A stretch of 64,000 nt of DNA, from positions 496,001 to 560,000 of the forward strand of contig OY253686.1 of assembly GCA_958009085.1 (NCBI GenBank), read 5' to 3'. The DNA is from Protoeuglena noctilucae (taxonomy: Eukaryota). Positions 39,591 through 51,737 of this stretch are shown in pieces. Positions within the stretch are counted from its first letter, which is position 1; every line of letters starts with the position of its first letter. The notes below the pieces were generated by a model. It made no database searches, was not told the DNA's origin, and worked only from the letters and a program-made list of their open reading frames with translations. Made by a program: the position numbers and the translations under genes.

Positions 39591-42500
39591 ATGCGTGCCC
39601 TGGAGGCGGTCGGGCCGTTCCTCAGGCTCACGCACTTCGACCCCGAGCTTCACGAAGTCGACTTGAGCATCGAGGTCGTCCTGCCGGCAGCGGAAGGGGG
39701 CGGAAGGCTCGCGCCGGAGGTGGCGCTGGCGGGGGCGGAGTGAGTGCTGCTGGTGCTGCTGGCCGCGCGAACGCGCTGCGATACCCAACGCCTTTGCGCG
39801 AACTGCCTGTCGTACTCACATACTATCATGCGATCGAAGTTGAGGCTTGGAATAGGCTTTCTTGGTCGAATTCAGCGTGCTTGGACATGCTGGGTGGCAA
39901 TTGCCCACCCCGCGCGTTGTGGCGCAGGGCGGATGTGTCGGTGGAGCTCATTATGACGTACAAATGCCTGGACACCGTGTTCGAGTTCTGGCGGTTGGAC
40001 CTGAAGGGGATGGGGCTCGCGGAACGCGAGCGGAAGGTCGACTACGTGGTTATGCCTCCCCTTGGGCAGCCGGCCTTCCCGAAGGCGAGAGAGTCACGCA
40101 GTGCAAGTAACTTATTGTCTTGCGCCCGCATTTGGCCCTAATGGACCTCGTCGTCGCGCGCAGCGGACCTTCTGGCTCCAAGCGCGCGGCAAGCCGTGGG
40201 TATGGGCCGCGTACAGCTGCAACGAGAAGGTGACGGGCGTCAGCGGTCCGGACGACGACTACCCCGCCAGTCCGCTGTGGGACGACATCCTGCGATGCCA
40301 CGCGCGGCGTCCCCTGCAATTCATGCTCGGCAACGGCGACCAGCTGTACAACGACCACGTCCTGGGCCTCCCCGGCGTTGCCCGGCGCCTCGGGATCGAC
40401 CGCGCGTCGCCGTTCGTGGCCCCGGAGCACCCCGATCGATTCGAGCGGATGGGATTGTACGATGTTCCCGCCGAGCTTCGACGCGACATCCGCGACGCCT
40501 ACTTTCGGCACTACATGGTCGCGTTCGCCAAGCCGCAGATGGCGGAGATCTTCGCGAGCATACCGCAGCTGAACCAGTGGGACGACCACGACATCTTTGA
40601 CGGATGGGTGAGGACATTAATGAGAGCACATGTGACCACAGCTCCAGCAGCGCTGCGGGATCATCTTCAGACATCGCATCGCTACGTCTTATCGGCTTGC
40701 AGGGGAGTTTCCCGGACGAGCTGCTGCGGACGACGCTCATGCGGGAGATCTACGCCGCGGCCCGGCTGTTCTACTTCGCATTCCAGCAGCACAGCGTGCC
40801 TTACGGCGAGGAGCCAGAGCTGCTGGCCGAGAACGACCCGGAGCGCGCCAGGCGGCTCACGAACGGCTTCGGCGTCAAAGGGTGCAGCTTCGTGCGAATG
40901 CTGGGGCCGGACGTGGCGCTCGTGAGGTGCGGGTTGCTGCTGCATCGACATCGTACGACTGTGTTTGCGATGGCGCGTGCGGTGCCTGCAATTGGCTTTG
41001 CAATATAGAAAACATGCGATCGGCAGGATTTATCAGTGCTGGCATTTGCGCTGCGCGCTCCCCGCAGCCCGGACCTGCGCTCCGAGCGCACGTGCCACCA
41101 AGTGATGCTGCCGGAGTCGCACCGCCTGCTGCATGAGGAGATGGCCAAGATCCCCACTGGCGTGCGCCACATCGTATTGGCGAGCACCATCCCCGTCACC
41201 TACCTGCGCTTCCCGTGCGTCGAGCCGCACAAGTTCGTCCACATGCAGCGCATCCTGGCGAGAGATGGCGCACACTGGCTGCCATCTTACGACACGTTGC
41301 AATCGACATGGCAGCCTAGCGAGGACAACTATGCGATGTAACAGTACAGAAAGAGGCCTGGTCTCCTTCGAGGCAAAGAGGCAACCTCTCTCAGGGCCCT
41401 CACTATGAACGTGCTTCATGATCGCAGGCCAACCTGTACCCCAAGTACCTCCGCAACGACATCGTGGACGAGTGGGCGGCGCCCCCGCACCAGGAGGAGC
41501 GCCGTCGGCTGGTCGACTTTCTGCAGGGCTTCGCGCGAGAGAGGGGCGCGCGCGTCACGTTTGTGTCGGGGGACGTCCACGTCGCCGCCATCGGGTGCTT
41601 CAGGCGAGTGCGAAAGATACATCCATTTAGTGAAGTAGATAGCTAGCTATTGCGCTGGTAAATGGGATCTGATACCTAGTGCGCTCAGCATGTCAACTTG
41701 ATTGGCATTGCCGGACGACATGTCGACACACACCCGTGCAACTACTCATATCATACCCATATTCACCTACCCCCTTCCCAGGTCGTCCAACGCGGCCATC
41801 GATCCGACGGAGGACTCCCGGCTGATGTTCCAGTTCGTATCGAGCGCACTCGCATACCCTCCACCCCCGATGCTGGCGCCGGGCACCGTCGCCCTCACCG
41901 ACCACCGCTTCGCCTATGACGAGGACACGGGTGAGGGAGTATAATGAGAGTTGCATGCACTGACCGCAGCATTGTCTGTGACGACTGGGTGATCACATGA
42001 GGGAGTGAGGCTAAGCCCAACTCGAGCTCGTGCCGGACTTGGGCGGTCGCGTGGGCTCCATCCTTTCTTTGAAGATGGTGTCCCAGCGGACAAAGTCGAG
42101 GTAATTATAAAGTACCTCGACTTTCTCTGCTGGTACACCATTTTCATAGAGAGGATGGAGCCCACGCGACCGCACAAGTCCAAGTGGCACTCATCAACCA
42201 CCGGTGTTAAGTCCATGCATGGAAGATCATGCTACTTGCCAAACCATGTTCCTGCATCGACACCATGTCATGTGCCTGCATGCATGTCACACGTAGTAAC
42301 ACCAACCCTACGCGCTCCCTCGTCCTCAATCCGACTGCAGTGGAGGAGATGTGGAATGCCTTCCGCGGCCACACGCACGTGCCCACGGGGGTCCTCCTGC
42401 CACGCAACAACTGGCTCCGGGTGATCCCCGGTTCAAACCCCACCGGCCCCGCCGCCGTCGCCGCCTCCCACGCCCGCCCGCGTCAGAAACCCAGCGCGCC

Positions 42501-43086
42501 GTGAGTCACTGTGGCATGCAGAATTGCTAAATACAAGCTTATGGTCAACGCATCATTCGCCCTGCAGCTGGCAGAGCTCTGTTAACTGTGACTCCGGATC
42601 CCACCACCCGACTCCACCTTTCTCTACCCGCAGCACCCGCCTGGCTGAGCTGTGCTGCTTCTGCTACGGCCACCGCAACGGCCCCGCCCCGCCCGCCGTG
42701 CCATGCACCGATGCGTCTCTGGTCTTTGAGCTGAGGGCAGAGGCGACCAAGGCGAGAGACGCAGCGAGGATGTCGGCGAGAATGTCGCAGGGAGCTGACA
42801 TGCATAAAGGCATACTTAGACTGATAATTACTTGCGCTTGCACACGACACAACATTGCTGTCATGCTTTAGCACTTGTCGCTGTCCGTGTCATCGACTTC
42901 GCTAATTGTCGTTATCCTTATATTCCCATCATCGCCCCATCGCAGGCGTTCCGGTGGGTCCGTGGCCCCAGCGTCCGCACGTTCGCCTTTGTCGTGCCGC
43001 CCCTCACCCTGAAGCGCGAGCCGGCGGGGAGCGTGGAGATGGCGGAGGGTGGCAGGGTGCATGCCGCGGAGCCGTCTGCGGTGTAA
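39591..43086 (+). CDS. PhoD-like metallophosphatase, about 10 exons
   Basis: YSCN, LWDDIL..H, GNGDQLYND, QWDDHDIFDGW|GS, DLRSERT, DIVDEW..H..ER..L...LQ, RVTFVSGDVH, QFVSSA...PPP. Confidence 0.9.
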
Positions 43087-43104
43087 AGCAAGACGCTGTG
43101 GGGA

Positions 43105-43195
43105 GTGGGGGTGGCAGTAGGGGTGGCAGTTAGGGCGGGTGGGGGGGTGGGTGTTAAGGTGGCAGTGGGGGTGGCAGTGAGGGTGGGGGTGGGTG
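43105..43195 (-). repeat. CCCCCACTGCCACCC minisatellite family copy (G-rich on +), just after the PhoD stop codon
   Basis: GGGGTGGCAGT units are the reverse complement of the 1771-1979 unit. Confidence 0.8.
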
Positions 43196-43872
43196 CGAGG
43201 ATAATGGTGAGGGGACAAGAACAGCGTATGACTGAGCGGGCCGCATGGCCGGGGAGCGTTGAGAGGAGGCCTGGGGAGATGGGTGGGCGAGGAGGGAATG
43301 GTGGCAGACGGCGAGCTGACGAGTGGTGACAATACACTGGGTGATAGCTGCCGTCTTAGCCCGTGTCATGTAGCAGCGATGTGCCCACTATATACTTGCC
43401 TGGTACAACTGGAGCATAGAGGGCGCCTGCACTGGGGTGGCAAGAAGAGCCCCCGACAGACAAGGAGGCCCTCTGAGCCATCGAGAGCCTTGTAAGTAGA
43501 ATAGAGAAGCACAAAGCACGTTCAAACACGCCAGCAGCTCACGTGTCGCGATGGCCTCACCAGTCGCCATCGACCATGACACTCCTATCCAGTGCGAACG
43601 GAAATCGTTGCAGTGCATTACGCAGTCGCCATACAGAGCACGCAAATCCGTGGGAAGTCTGGGGCGTGTGGCAAGCTATGGCTGCACGCGATCGCGAGCA
43701 ATGACGTGACGACTGGACTACGAATATGGCTCTGTGGTCAAAGGCGGGAAACGAGTACTATGCACTGTCATCTGCTCACGAGCATTGACGGGTATGCAAG
43801 CGTCCACACTAACTGCTCTTCACTACACAGCTCTGATGACTGACGGAAGGGAAAGCACGAGTTACGAATGCC

Positions 43873-46800
43873 TCACAGCACGCAGAAGTTGCCCAGCAGC
43901 TTGATTGTGACCTCGGGACCCACCTCGAGGGTCGCGTCATTGCCGGAACGATAGGCCCTGCGATGACATAACACGACGGGGTCAGGCGATCACGTGTTGC
44001 ATGGGGTGTTGGGGTAAAGAGTGTCTGGCACCGGCACCCGCAGCGGCATCCGCTGCGCTCCTTGCTTTCTTTAGACACAGCATCACACCCCAGTGATACT
44101 AACACACGTCCCGCACGTCCCCCACCCAAGCGCCCCCCGCACCTCGCCACGTCGATGAGTCGGCTGGCGGGCAGCGCCCCGCTGGACAGCGTCACGTGCC
44201 ACCGATGCGCGAAATCCGCCACCGCCGCGACTATCCCGAGCACTTTCTTCCACGATTCGGGCAACGCAGACCCAGGCAAGCTCGACTGGTCGGGCACGAT
44301 GCACAACAGGGTCGTCTTGCCCTCCTTGCGTGACACGATCCTGCCAGAAACCTCGCAGGGATCGAACGACGCGAGGCTGGTCACGTCCACGTCGATGTCA
44401 GGCGTGGGGCTGTAGGCGATGGTCACGTGACGCACCCGGCCCTGACACAGTGCCGCGCAACGCACTTGCAACACACGCAGCGACGGGGCAGTTGAGGCAG
44501 CAGCGGTTTGGGGCGTTTCAGGAACCACCCCGTCAGCTGCTGAGCCCACGGGAACGCCATCCGACCCTACAGCACTGCAGCTGCTTTCCGCACCCACACA
44601 GGTACCCACACCATCCGCCCGCAAATCCACCTTTGCCAGTTGCCCCGACAGCCCATCCACCTCCGCACCGCCCGCCTCCGCCAGTCCCTCCACCCCCGCT
44701 CCCTCGCACCCGAACCCCACCTCCCCGACACCCCCGGGCCGATACCGCCAGAAACACACCCGGTCCGCCACGCTCCGGGCGGCCTCTGCGAATTTCAAAT
44801 TCTCCCGGGACGCCGCCGCGACTCGATCGGCGAACGCGGGGTCGTCCGCGCCCTCCCAGCCCACCTCGCCCCGCCTGGCCCGGGCCGCCGCCACCGCCCG
44901 GGCGTTGTGAGAGTGAAAGATGTCACTCAGCGTCATCCCGTCGCGTTGCGGGAGCACAGCGACCATGTCGACGATCGCGGGGCGGTCTGGGGTGGATAGC
45001 GCCCCCTCGAGGGTGCATCGGAAGTCGACGCGAGTGTCGCTGAACAGCACCCCACCCCCACAGCTGAGGACGGCAGTGGGGTGGGACGCCAGGGCCGCGG
45101 CGACGGCGTAGAGCGTCGCGGGGGCGCGCTCGGGGCCGAAGAGACGGGCGGAGTGGTTGAGAAGAATGTCGCCGTCGACGTGAGGCACACCCAGGGTAGC
45201 TGCCAGTCGTGCAGCTGTGGTGCTGCAAGGGGGGAGGCAGGTCGCAGATGCAGGTCGCGGTGAGGGCGCCGCGGGATGCGGTGAGTTGCAGCGGTGGGTG
45301 GGGAAGAGGTCAGGGCATTGGTGTGGGTGGCGGTGGGTGCAAGCGAGAGGGAGGGTGGTGCCAGTCCCCGCTGTTTGTGAAACGAACCGCCCTTTGCTAA
45401 GCACTATGAGCCGTACCATACCATCCCCACCATGCATCACCTCTTCCATACCCACTCCCAGCAAACCCCACCACTGCTACCCCACAGCACCCCACAGCAC
45501 CTCGCCCCCCAGGCTCACCTCTTCCCACTTCCGATGGGCCCCATCACGACATACACGGTGCGCGTGATCACGTTGGCCTTCAGATGCCTCTCCCGGAAGT
45601 CACGCAGCCCCTCGTCATCCTCCAACGCAGCGTCCATCGCGTAAATGTGAAGTGACTCATCGCGGGGGCACTGTAACGCATCCCGGCGCGTGGCCGTGGT
45701 TGCCAGCCAGTGGGCGTAGCACGCGCGGTGGTAGACGTCCCGGGCATCGGGGCCCTGGGGGTCGGCGGCCCACCTGCAAGCAATGCTAGTTATCAGCAGT
45801 TACAAGTGACATGGAAATGCCAAAGTGCGATGTCCTCTGTCCTTCAGTGTTACAATGCTCATACTAGCACTGATCAAAACACACTGCTGTCAGCATGAGT
45901 GCACCCTCACCTCCTAACGACGTCCCGGACACGCGCCATGGCGGCTGGGAGGGGCAGGCGATGCTTGATGGTGTCCCGCAGAGCCATGGTCCTGACCACG
46001 TACCTGGATTAGAGAATGAAAGAGCGAGTGAGCAGCGGCAGGGTGGCCGGGGGTGGGTGAGACCAGACAAGCTGGATTGTCAGGGCGGGCGCAGTGGGGT
46101 CGTGTTATGTTAGCAGGGGTCAGAGTAAGCAAACAAGGGGGCAGGTCAGCAGGGCAGGTGCGCATCCCACTAGCAAGGCCAATGCTATCCCCGAAGGTCG
46201 TCGCCACCCTAGTGCTACTAGTACCACTCACCTCAGCAGCTTGTACTTGAACGTCGTGAACGTGCGCCCGTTCTCCTCAGGGAAGCAGTGCACGACCACG
46301 CCCTCCAACACGTCGCCCAGGAGGTCGGCGTGGTCGACGGCGAAGCGGTGCTGGGATGGCGGCAGCGTCTGGAGCAGCCCGGCCCACGTCATGCGGTCGC
46401 GCACCGCATCGCATTTGGCAAACCAATCGGGAGAGACGAGCCAGGAACCGCTCCACGGCAGCCCCTCGGCCTCGCACAGCGCCGCTAACTCCACCGGCGA
46501 GAGGTAATCGACGAACCGTGCCGGCACAGCGGCGTGTCTCGCGATGCACGTTACGACCGCCCATGGGGCCTGGCACCTCACGCGCGCCCCGTGCGTCTCG
46601 TCGCCCGGCGCGATGATCTCCGCGCACACGGTAATGCCCTCATCCGCCATTCGCTCGACGAACGCGGGCTTGCCCTGAAGGGCAGTGCCGAGCGCCTCCC
46701 GCACCCAGCGCACGTGGGGGTTGGTGGGCGAGGCGTCGTTTTTGGAGAAGAAGAGCAGGCGCACCGAGGAGCCCTGGCGGTACGCCGTGCACATCCCTGG

Positions 46801-47493
46801 GCGCAGAGGGCGGAGTGGGAGAGGGCTGTGAGATGCGATGGGTGGGGGAAGGGGCGATGCGGGGCGAGCGCTCGTCATCGATTGGAACTGCCAAGGACAC
46901 CGCTCAGTCGTTGGCTCGATGCATCATGTTCTGGTTCATTCACTGTACGATTGTAGCGCAGCGCCATTGCAAATGCCTCACCGAGGTGGCCGGAGAACTT
47001 GGGCGAGACTCGGATCTCCGCGAACTCCTCCAGGCGCTGGCCGCTGACCGCCTCGTCCTTGTGGTCGTTGGCAAACTTGGGATAGAAGCCGCCGTACGTA
47101 GCGCTGTCGGGATCGGCGGCCCCGTCGCGCTGCAAAACGAAGAATCCGCGCGGCATGCCGTGGGAGCGGCCCAAGGCCTGCAGCTCCGCGTCGTTGCGGC
47201 CCGAAACCATCGTGACGGTTACTCCATCGTCGCTGCGCCAGCATCGGTAGGTCAGCGCGCGGGACCGTGCGGAGAGGAGGCCGCGGAGGCGCGAGGGCAG
47301 GGCCTGCACCTCCACCTTGTTGATGGCAGCGAGTTTCGCCTCCTTGAAGACCTGCGACGTGCCGTTGCGTTGTGATAAAAGTCGAGGACTGCGCACGGCC
47401 AGCGAGAAAGCGACGCGACAAGGACGCACGCGCGGGGCAACATCTGCAGCACGGCGACCTGGAGCGGCAAACATCCTGTCTCACCGGAGGCAT
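43873..47493 (-). CDS. Trifunctional RNA ligase / polynucleotide kinase / 2H cyclic phosphodiesterase (Trl1/RNL-type), 7 exons
   Basis: Ligase: FYPKFAND, motif I SPKFSGHL (K at 46998-47000), FFSKN, VCAEI..HG, GDVLEGVVVH, FKYK. Kinase: VYVVMGPIGSGK|ST (45519-45560) and HVDGD. 2H domain: HVT at ~44421-44429 and ~44190-44198. Intron phases join into one ORF ending in TGA at 43873. Confidence 0.85.
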
Positions 47494-48541
47494 GTTAAAG
47501 CGATTACCGCGGGCCCGCGAGGGCTGGGTTTGAGGCGAATGCTTCTCTCGGCAAGCCGCTGCGTGCTTCAGATGCAGGAATGCCCCTCCGCAGCTCTTCC
47601 AAGACAGCTGGGAGGGGCAGCCGGCGGACACCCCGTCCCCGCTAAGGCGGCTTATGGTGCTTGCAGAACTGAGCAACGACAAAGAGAAGCAAAGCTTTCC
47701 ACGGTGCAGGCGACTGGCAGTGCCGTCGGCATGCCAGAGCTTGCAACCGGTCCCTTATTGCCCCGCGAGCCGCTCGCATCCAAGCATTCGCCACCGGAAC
47801 AGCCTTGTCACGCGATCTCCACAGCCAACCGACGCTTACCGAGCCACCCGCTCGTCATCGCCTACCCCTCACAGCGAGCCACCATGGTGAGCGCTGCGGT
47901 GGTTTTCCAGTCGCAGCGGCCGACGATAACGCATAATATGGTCCCTTTGTCGCGTTGCCGGCCATACCGACGCACAAGATGGCCCGGCGAGCGTGGAGCA
48001 CGGCAGCGGGCACTGCATAGCACAGTACCGTCGCAGCGCGTCAAGCCCCTCGTTGGTCGCTTCTGCCATCGCAGCCCTGCGGTTGCGGCTCGACCCGGTC
48101 CTGCGCCACGTGCGGCAACACGTACGTGGTCGGGAACACGGGCCCCGGTCTGTCGGCCCACCTCCGCAACCACCCTGACCACCAGACCTATGCGGACCCT
48201 CAGGACAGGCGAGGATTGCGCAAATCGACGAAAGCACTCACGCATGGTGCCAGTCACACTGCTTCAAAGCGCGCAGTGCAAGGTCTAAGGCCCCACGAAG
48301 CACGGGGCGGGCGCGCAGCACAGTCATGGTCTATACCAGCAACGTGAAGCAACCATCGTGCTAAACCCAGCGTGCTGCTAAATCGCTCTCCATTTGTGAC
48401 ACCCAGGGTCCGCGTGAACGACAAGGGAACTCACTGCTAGGGTCCCGGCGATGGGGGAGACTTGGCGAGAGGAGGCATGCACATGGGGTGCGATGCGTAG
48501 CACATACTACGCAGACATGAACGTGGTGCACTTTGGCACCC

Positions 48542-50844
48542 CTAGTTCTTGCCGGCGACGCTGTTGACGGTCTCGGGTACCGGGATGCGCTGTTGGAACT
48601 TCTCCTTCTCCTCCTCGCTCCACGTGCTGGCCCTCACGTGGTCCCACTCCTCGCCGTCCATGGTAATCGACCTCTTGAAACCGTACGCCAGCTCGCCCTG
48701 TGTATATGGCGCAGGCATGCACGGGTTGGGTGTGAGCTAGCCAGAGAAAGCCAGGGGCTTGCGCATCGATGCGCTGAAAGTTTAACCCAGTGCCTCGACT
48801 GCAGCGAGAGCCACGTGGCGGCTGGCACGCACACTGCATGCATGCCCAGCCAGCCCCTTACCTGCAGCTGGGCTGCGATGACGGCCGACCGGATGCGTGG
48901 CATCCTCTTCGCCTCGTAATCTGCCATGGCCTCTTCCGTGACCCCGTGCGCCGCCACCGACTGCGCCAGCTGCCACGCGTCCTCGAACGCCAGCGTCAGG
49001 CCGATCCCTGCGCATTGTGTGGCAGATTGGGGTGAGACGCGCCACAGGGGCTAAGAAGATGAGCCACTTCATCGATCACTTTTAGCATTAACACCGGCCA
49101 GGTGCCTCCCTGGCGCGCCCACTGCCACACCACATGCCCGTCTCCCACACGCCCGCTGCCCCCCCCAGGCCTCGACCGTTAGCCTGGACGCGTGCGCTAC
49201 CTCACACACCCATCACCCCATCATACACACCCAATGCCTCTGCAGCAACCATTCACCGCCCCGGTCTCACCCGTGTGCCTGGACACGTGCGCTGCCTCGT
49301 TCACCCACTGCTACCTCACATAGCACATAAACACCCACATCTCCATCACGCACATCTCACCCGTGGGCCTGGACGAGTGCGCCGCGTCGCCCAGCAGCGC
49401 CACGCGCCCCTTCACGAACCGCAGCTGTCCCTCTGCCGCCGCCTGGTGCACGCTAAACAGCCCATGTTCGAGAATCTTGCCCCTCTCCGTCGCCTCAATC
49501 GCCTCCTCTAGATCCTCCAGGCCCTGCCCCGATACCAGCGCGAGCACGCGCGCCAGCACGCCCTCGTGAGACTCGTCGGCGTCGCGCCATGCGGGGTCGC
49601 CTGCGGCGCGGAGGGCCGGAGGGGCGCGAAGGCCGCGCTTCTCCCTGTGAGGGGGGGGGGGGGGGGGGGGGTCAGAGAGGGGGTCATCTATCTGCGATTG
49701 TGCGATTGTAGCAGGCGGGTGGGTGTGTTGATGGCGAGGGTGTCAGGCCAGTCACCCCGCCCACCGCCACGGTGGGGTACAACAGCAGCCAGCACACAGG
49801 CTCTGCGCTAACCCTCACATGGTGGAGTGCTTGATGGAGATGGTCCAGCACGTTTCGCTGTCTGAAACGGGGTACAGGAGGCACACCATGTCGTTGATGG
49901 TGGTGGGCGGGCGCAGAGCACGACTGCGAAGAGCGCCCCCCTCGGCGCCCAGCTCGGGAGGCACCATCGCCCGGTACATGATGACGTCCTGGAACTCCGG
50001 GACGCGGGATTCCGGCATCAGCGTCCGACGGACGGAGCTGAAGTAGCCGTCCGCGCCGACCACCGCCTTCGCTCTGCGGAGCGCGAGTGGGTGGGTGGGT
50101 GGGGGTGGAGTGCTGATGCACAGGGAGAGTGTGTGCTGCAGTGTAGCAGTGTAGCGCTGCAGCGTAGTGTAGTGTTTTGTGGCCTGGTACAGCACAGGCC
50201 CTCCCCAGCCCTGCGTGTCATGTCAATGTATTAAGCCAACGCGACTGTCACTCGATCAATCAACTGGCCCCAGGACAGCAGCTAGAGCTGTGTCGCTTCA
50301 CCTGATCTCCTCCCCTGCGCCCGTGACGATGCGGAAGGGCTCCTCTCCCTCTCCGGCTGAGATGTCCGCCACCTCCGCCCCAAACGTAACCACATCTTCC
50401 AGACCCTCGGCAAGGTAGCTGCGCACGCGGTGCCAGGGGTGCAGGAGGAGCGGGCCGGACATGGGGCTGCGATAGGCGGTGTCTCGGATGCGCTGGGCGA
50501 TGGCCGGCTGGATGGCGTCCAATGCACGCATTGCCTCGGGGTGCAGCGCCACGCCCGCGCCCACGCGCTCCAGGCCCGGTAACTTCTCCAACACCTGCGT
50601 GCGATCGAATAAGAGACAGGTCAGGGATTGATTGTGCGACCGATCGACGGCAAGCGCCATGCAGTTCAAGTTTTGCTGCGTCAGGGCGAGCGATCTGAGA
50701 TCTTCCGCGGCTCCGGAGCTCTGCGAGCCTGCTTACCCGAACGGTCGGCGGCCGGGACGTCTTAGGAACCTTCACGCGGCGAAGGGCCTGCGCCAGCGCC
50801 AGCCCCCCGGGACCACCGCCCACGATCGCCACGTCCACCGACAT
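48542..50844 (-). CDS. FAD-dependent monooxygenase (salicylate hydroxylase/zeaxanthin epoxidase-like family), multi-exon
   Basis: DVAIVGGGPGGLALA, VVGADGYFSSVRR, GRVALLGDAAH, G..LAFEDAWQLA, YEAKRMPR. The start may lie further upstream. Confidence 0.9.
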
Positions 50845-51737
50845 CAGATCGCGAATCTCTGGGGCGCGCGCCGGCCAGCGCGAGCTATTGTAGCTCCTGC
50901 GCGCAATGCGAGTCGCAGATCGCACGGCTGCATCGCAAGCGCGCCGGCGCAGCGGGAATCGGAGCAACAGATCGCAGCGCAAGCCGTCGAAGCGGGCGGC
51001 GAGGCAGGACGACGATGGGAACCCAAGGCAGGCACGGCGGTGTCTCAGATCGTACACATAGCACATCGGAGCGGCAGCGCGATCTGAGGACGGCACGCGA
51101 CGGGGTGCTGAGGCTCCTCACCAGAGTTTTGGTGATTGCAGCCGAGCGGGGGAGCGTTTAGCTTGGCTGCAATCGCAGCTGCTTAAGAACGTGGAAGGAA
51201 ACAATGACGCGCCGGTTGGCGGGGTACGAGGCGATGTGCTCGCCGCGCAGGGCCAGGGGCTGGCAGGCCGTGTCAGCCACACATCAGACCGCGTGCCGCG
51301 TTCTGCAAGATCCCGCATATCCGCCGCGTGCGCTGGAAAGCTATCGCGTTCGAGAAGCGTAGGGCGACGGGATCGAGCAAGGGATCGAGCGCAGCATGTC
51401 GTTTTTCCTTCGCACAAGTTCTCGCACTTTTCACCATGCGCAGTATACATGCAGGCACTGCAATCTGCAACAAACGCATCAGAACCCAATGCAAAGATGC
51501 GTGCGCAACAGAGCTGTGCTGGTGCTGCAGCTGGCGTCCTCTACCAATGCCTCCAAAAAGCGGTCTCTGCGACTAAGCCTGTGCTATGCATATGCCCCCA
51601 CCACGCACAACGTGCGCCCCGCGGGGCTACCTGCGGGCGTAGTAGGTAGATTCATACCCTCAGCCCCCTCAGCCAACAACAGCAATTCGCCAAACACGCC
51701 CACCGCACCACACCTCTCCCCTCACCTGCCTGCCTCG

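Noticed and set aside
43392..43520. ATACTTGCCTGG resembles a U1 snRNA 5' end altered to pair with GC donors
   Set aside because: The downstream sequence lacks the U1 order of elements (stem-loop I CAAGAAG/CACGAAG loop, then ATTGCAC loop II) and has no Sm site. It is most likely chance or a minus-strand donor-like motif. An Rfam U1 scan would settle it.
47317..48347. 323-aa plus-strand ORF between the RNA ligase and monooxygenase genes
   Set aside because: Arg/Pro/Ala-rich with no domain signal, and it overlaps the ligase start antisense. Long ORFs are expected by chance at this GC content.
49650..49671. Long G homopolymer (and the C run at 3343-3364)
   Set aside because: These are intronic C-rich acceptor tracts on the transcribed strand. 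Run length is unreliable and no separate function is supported.
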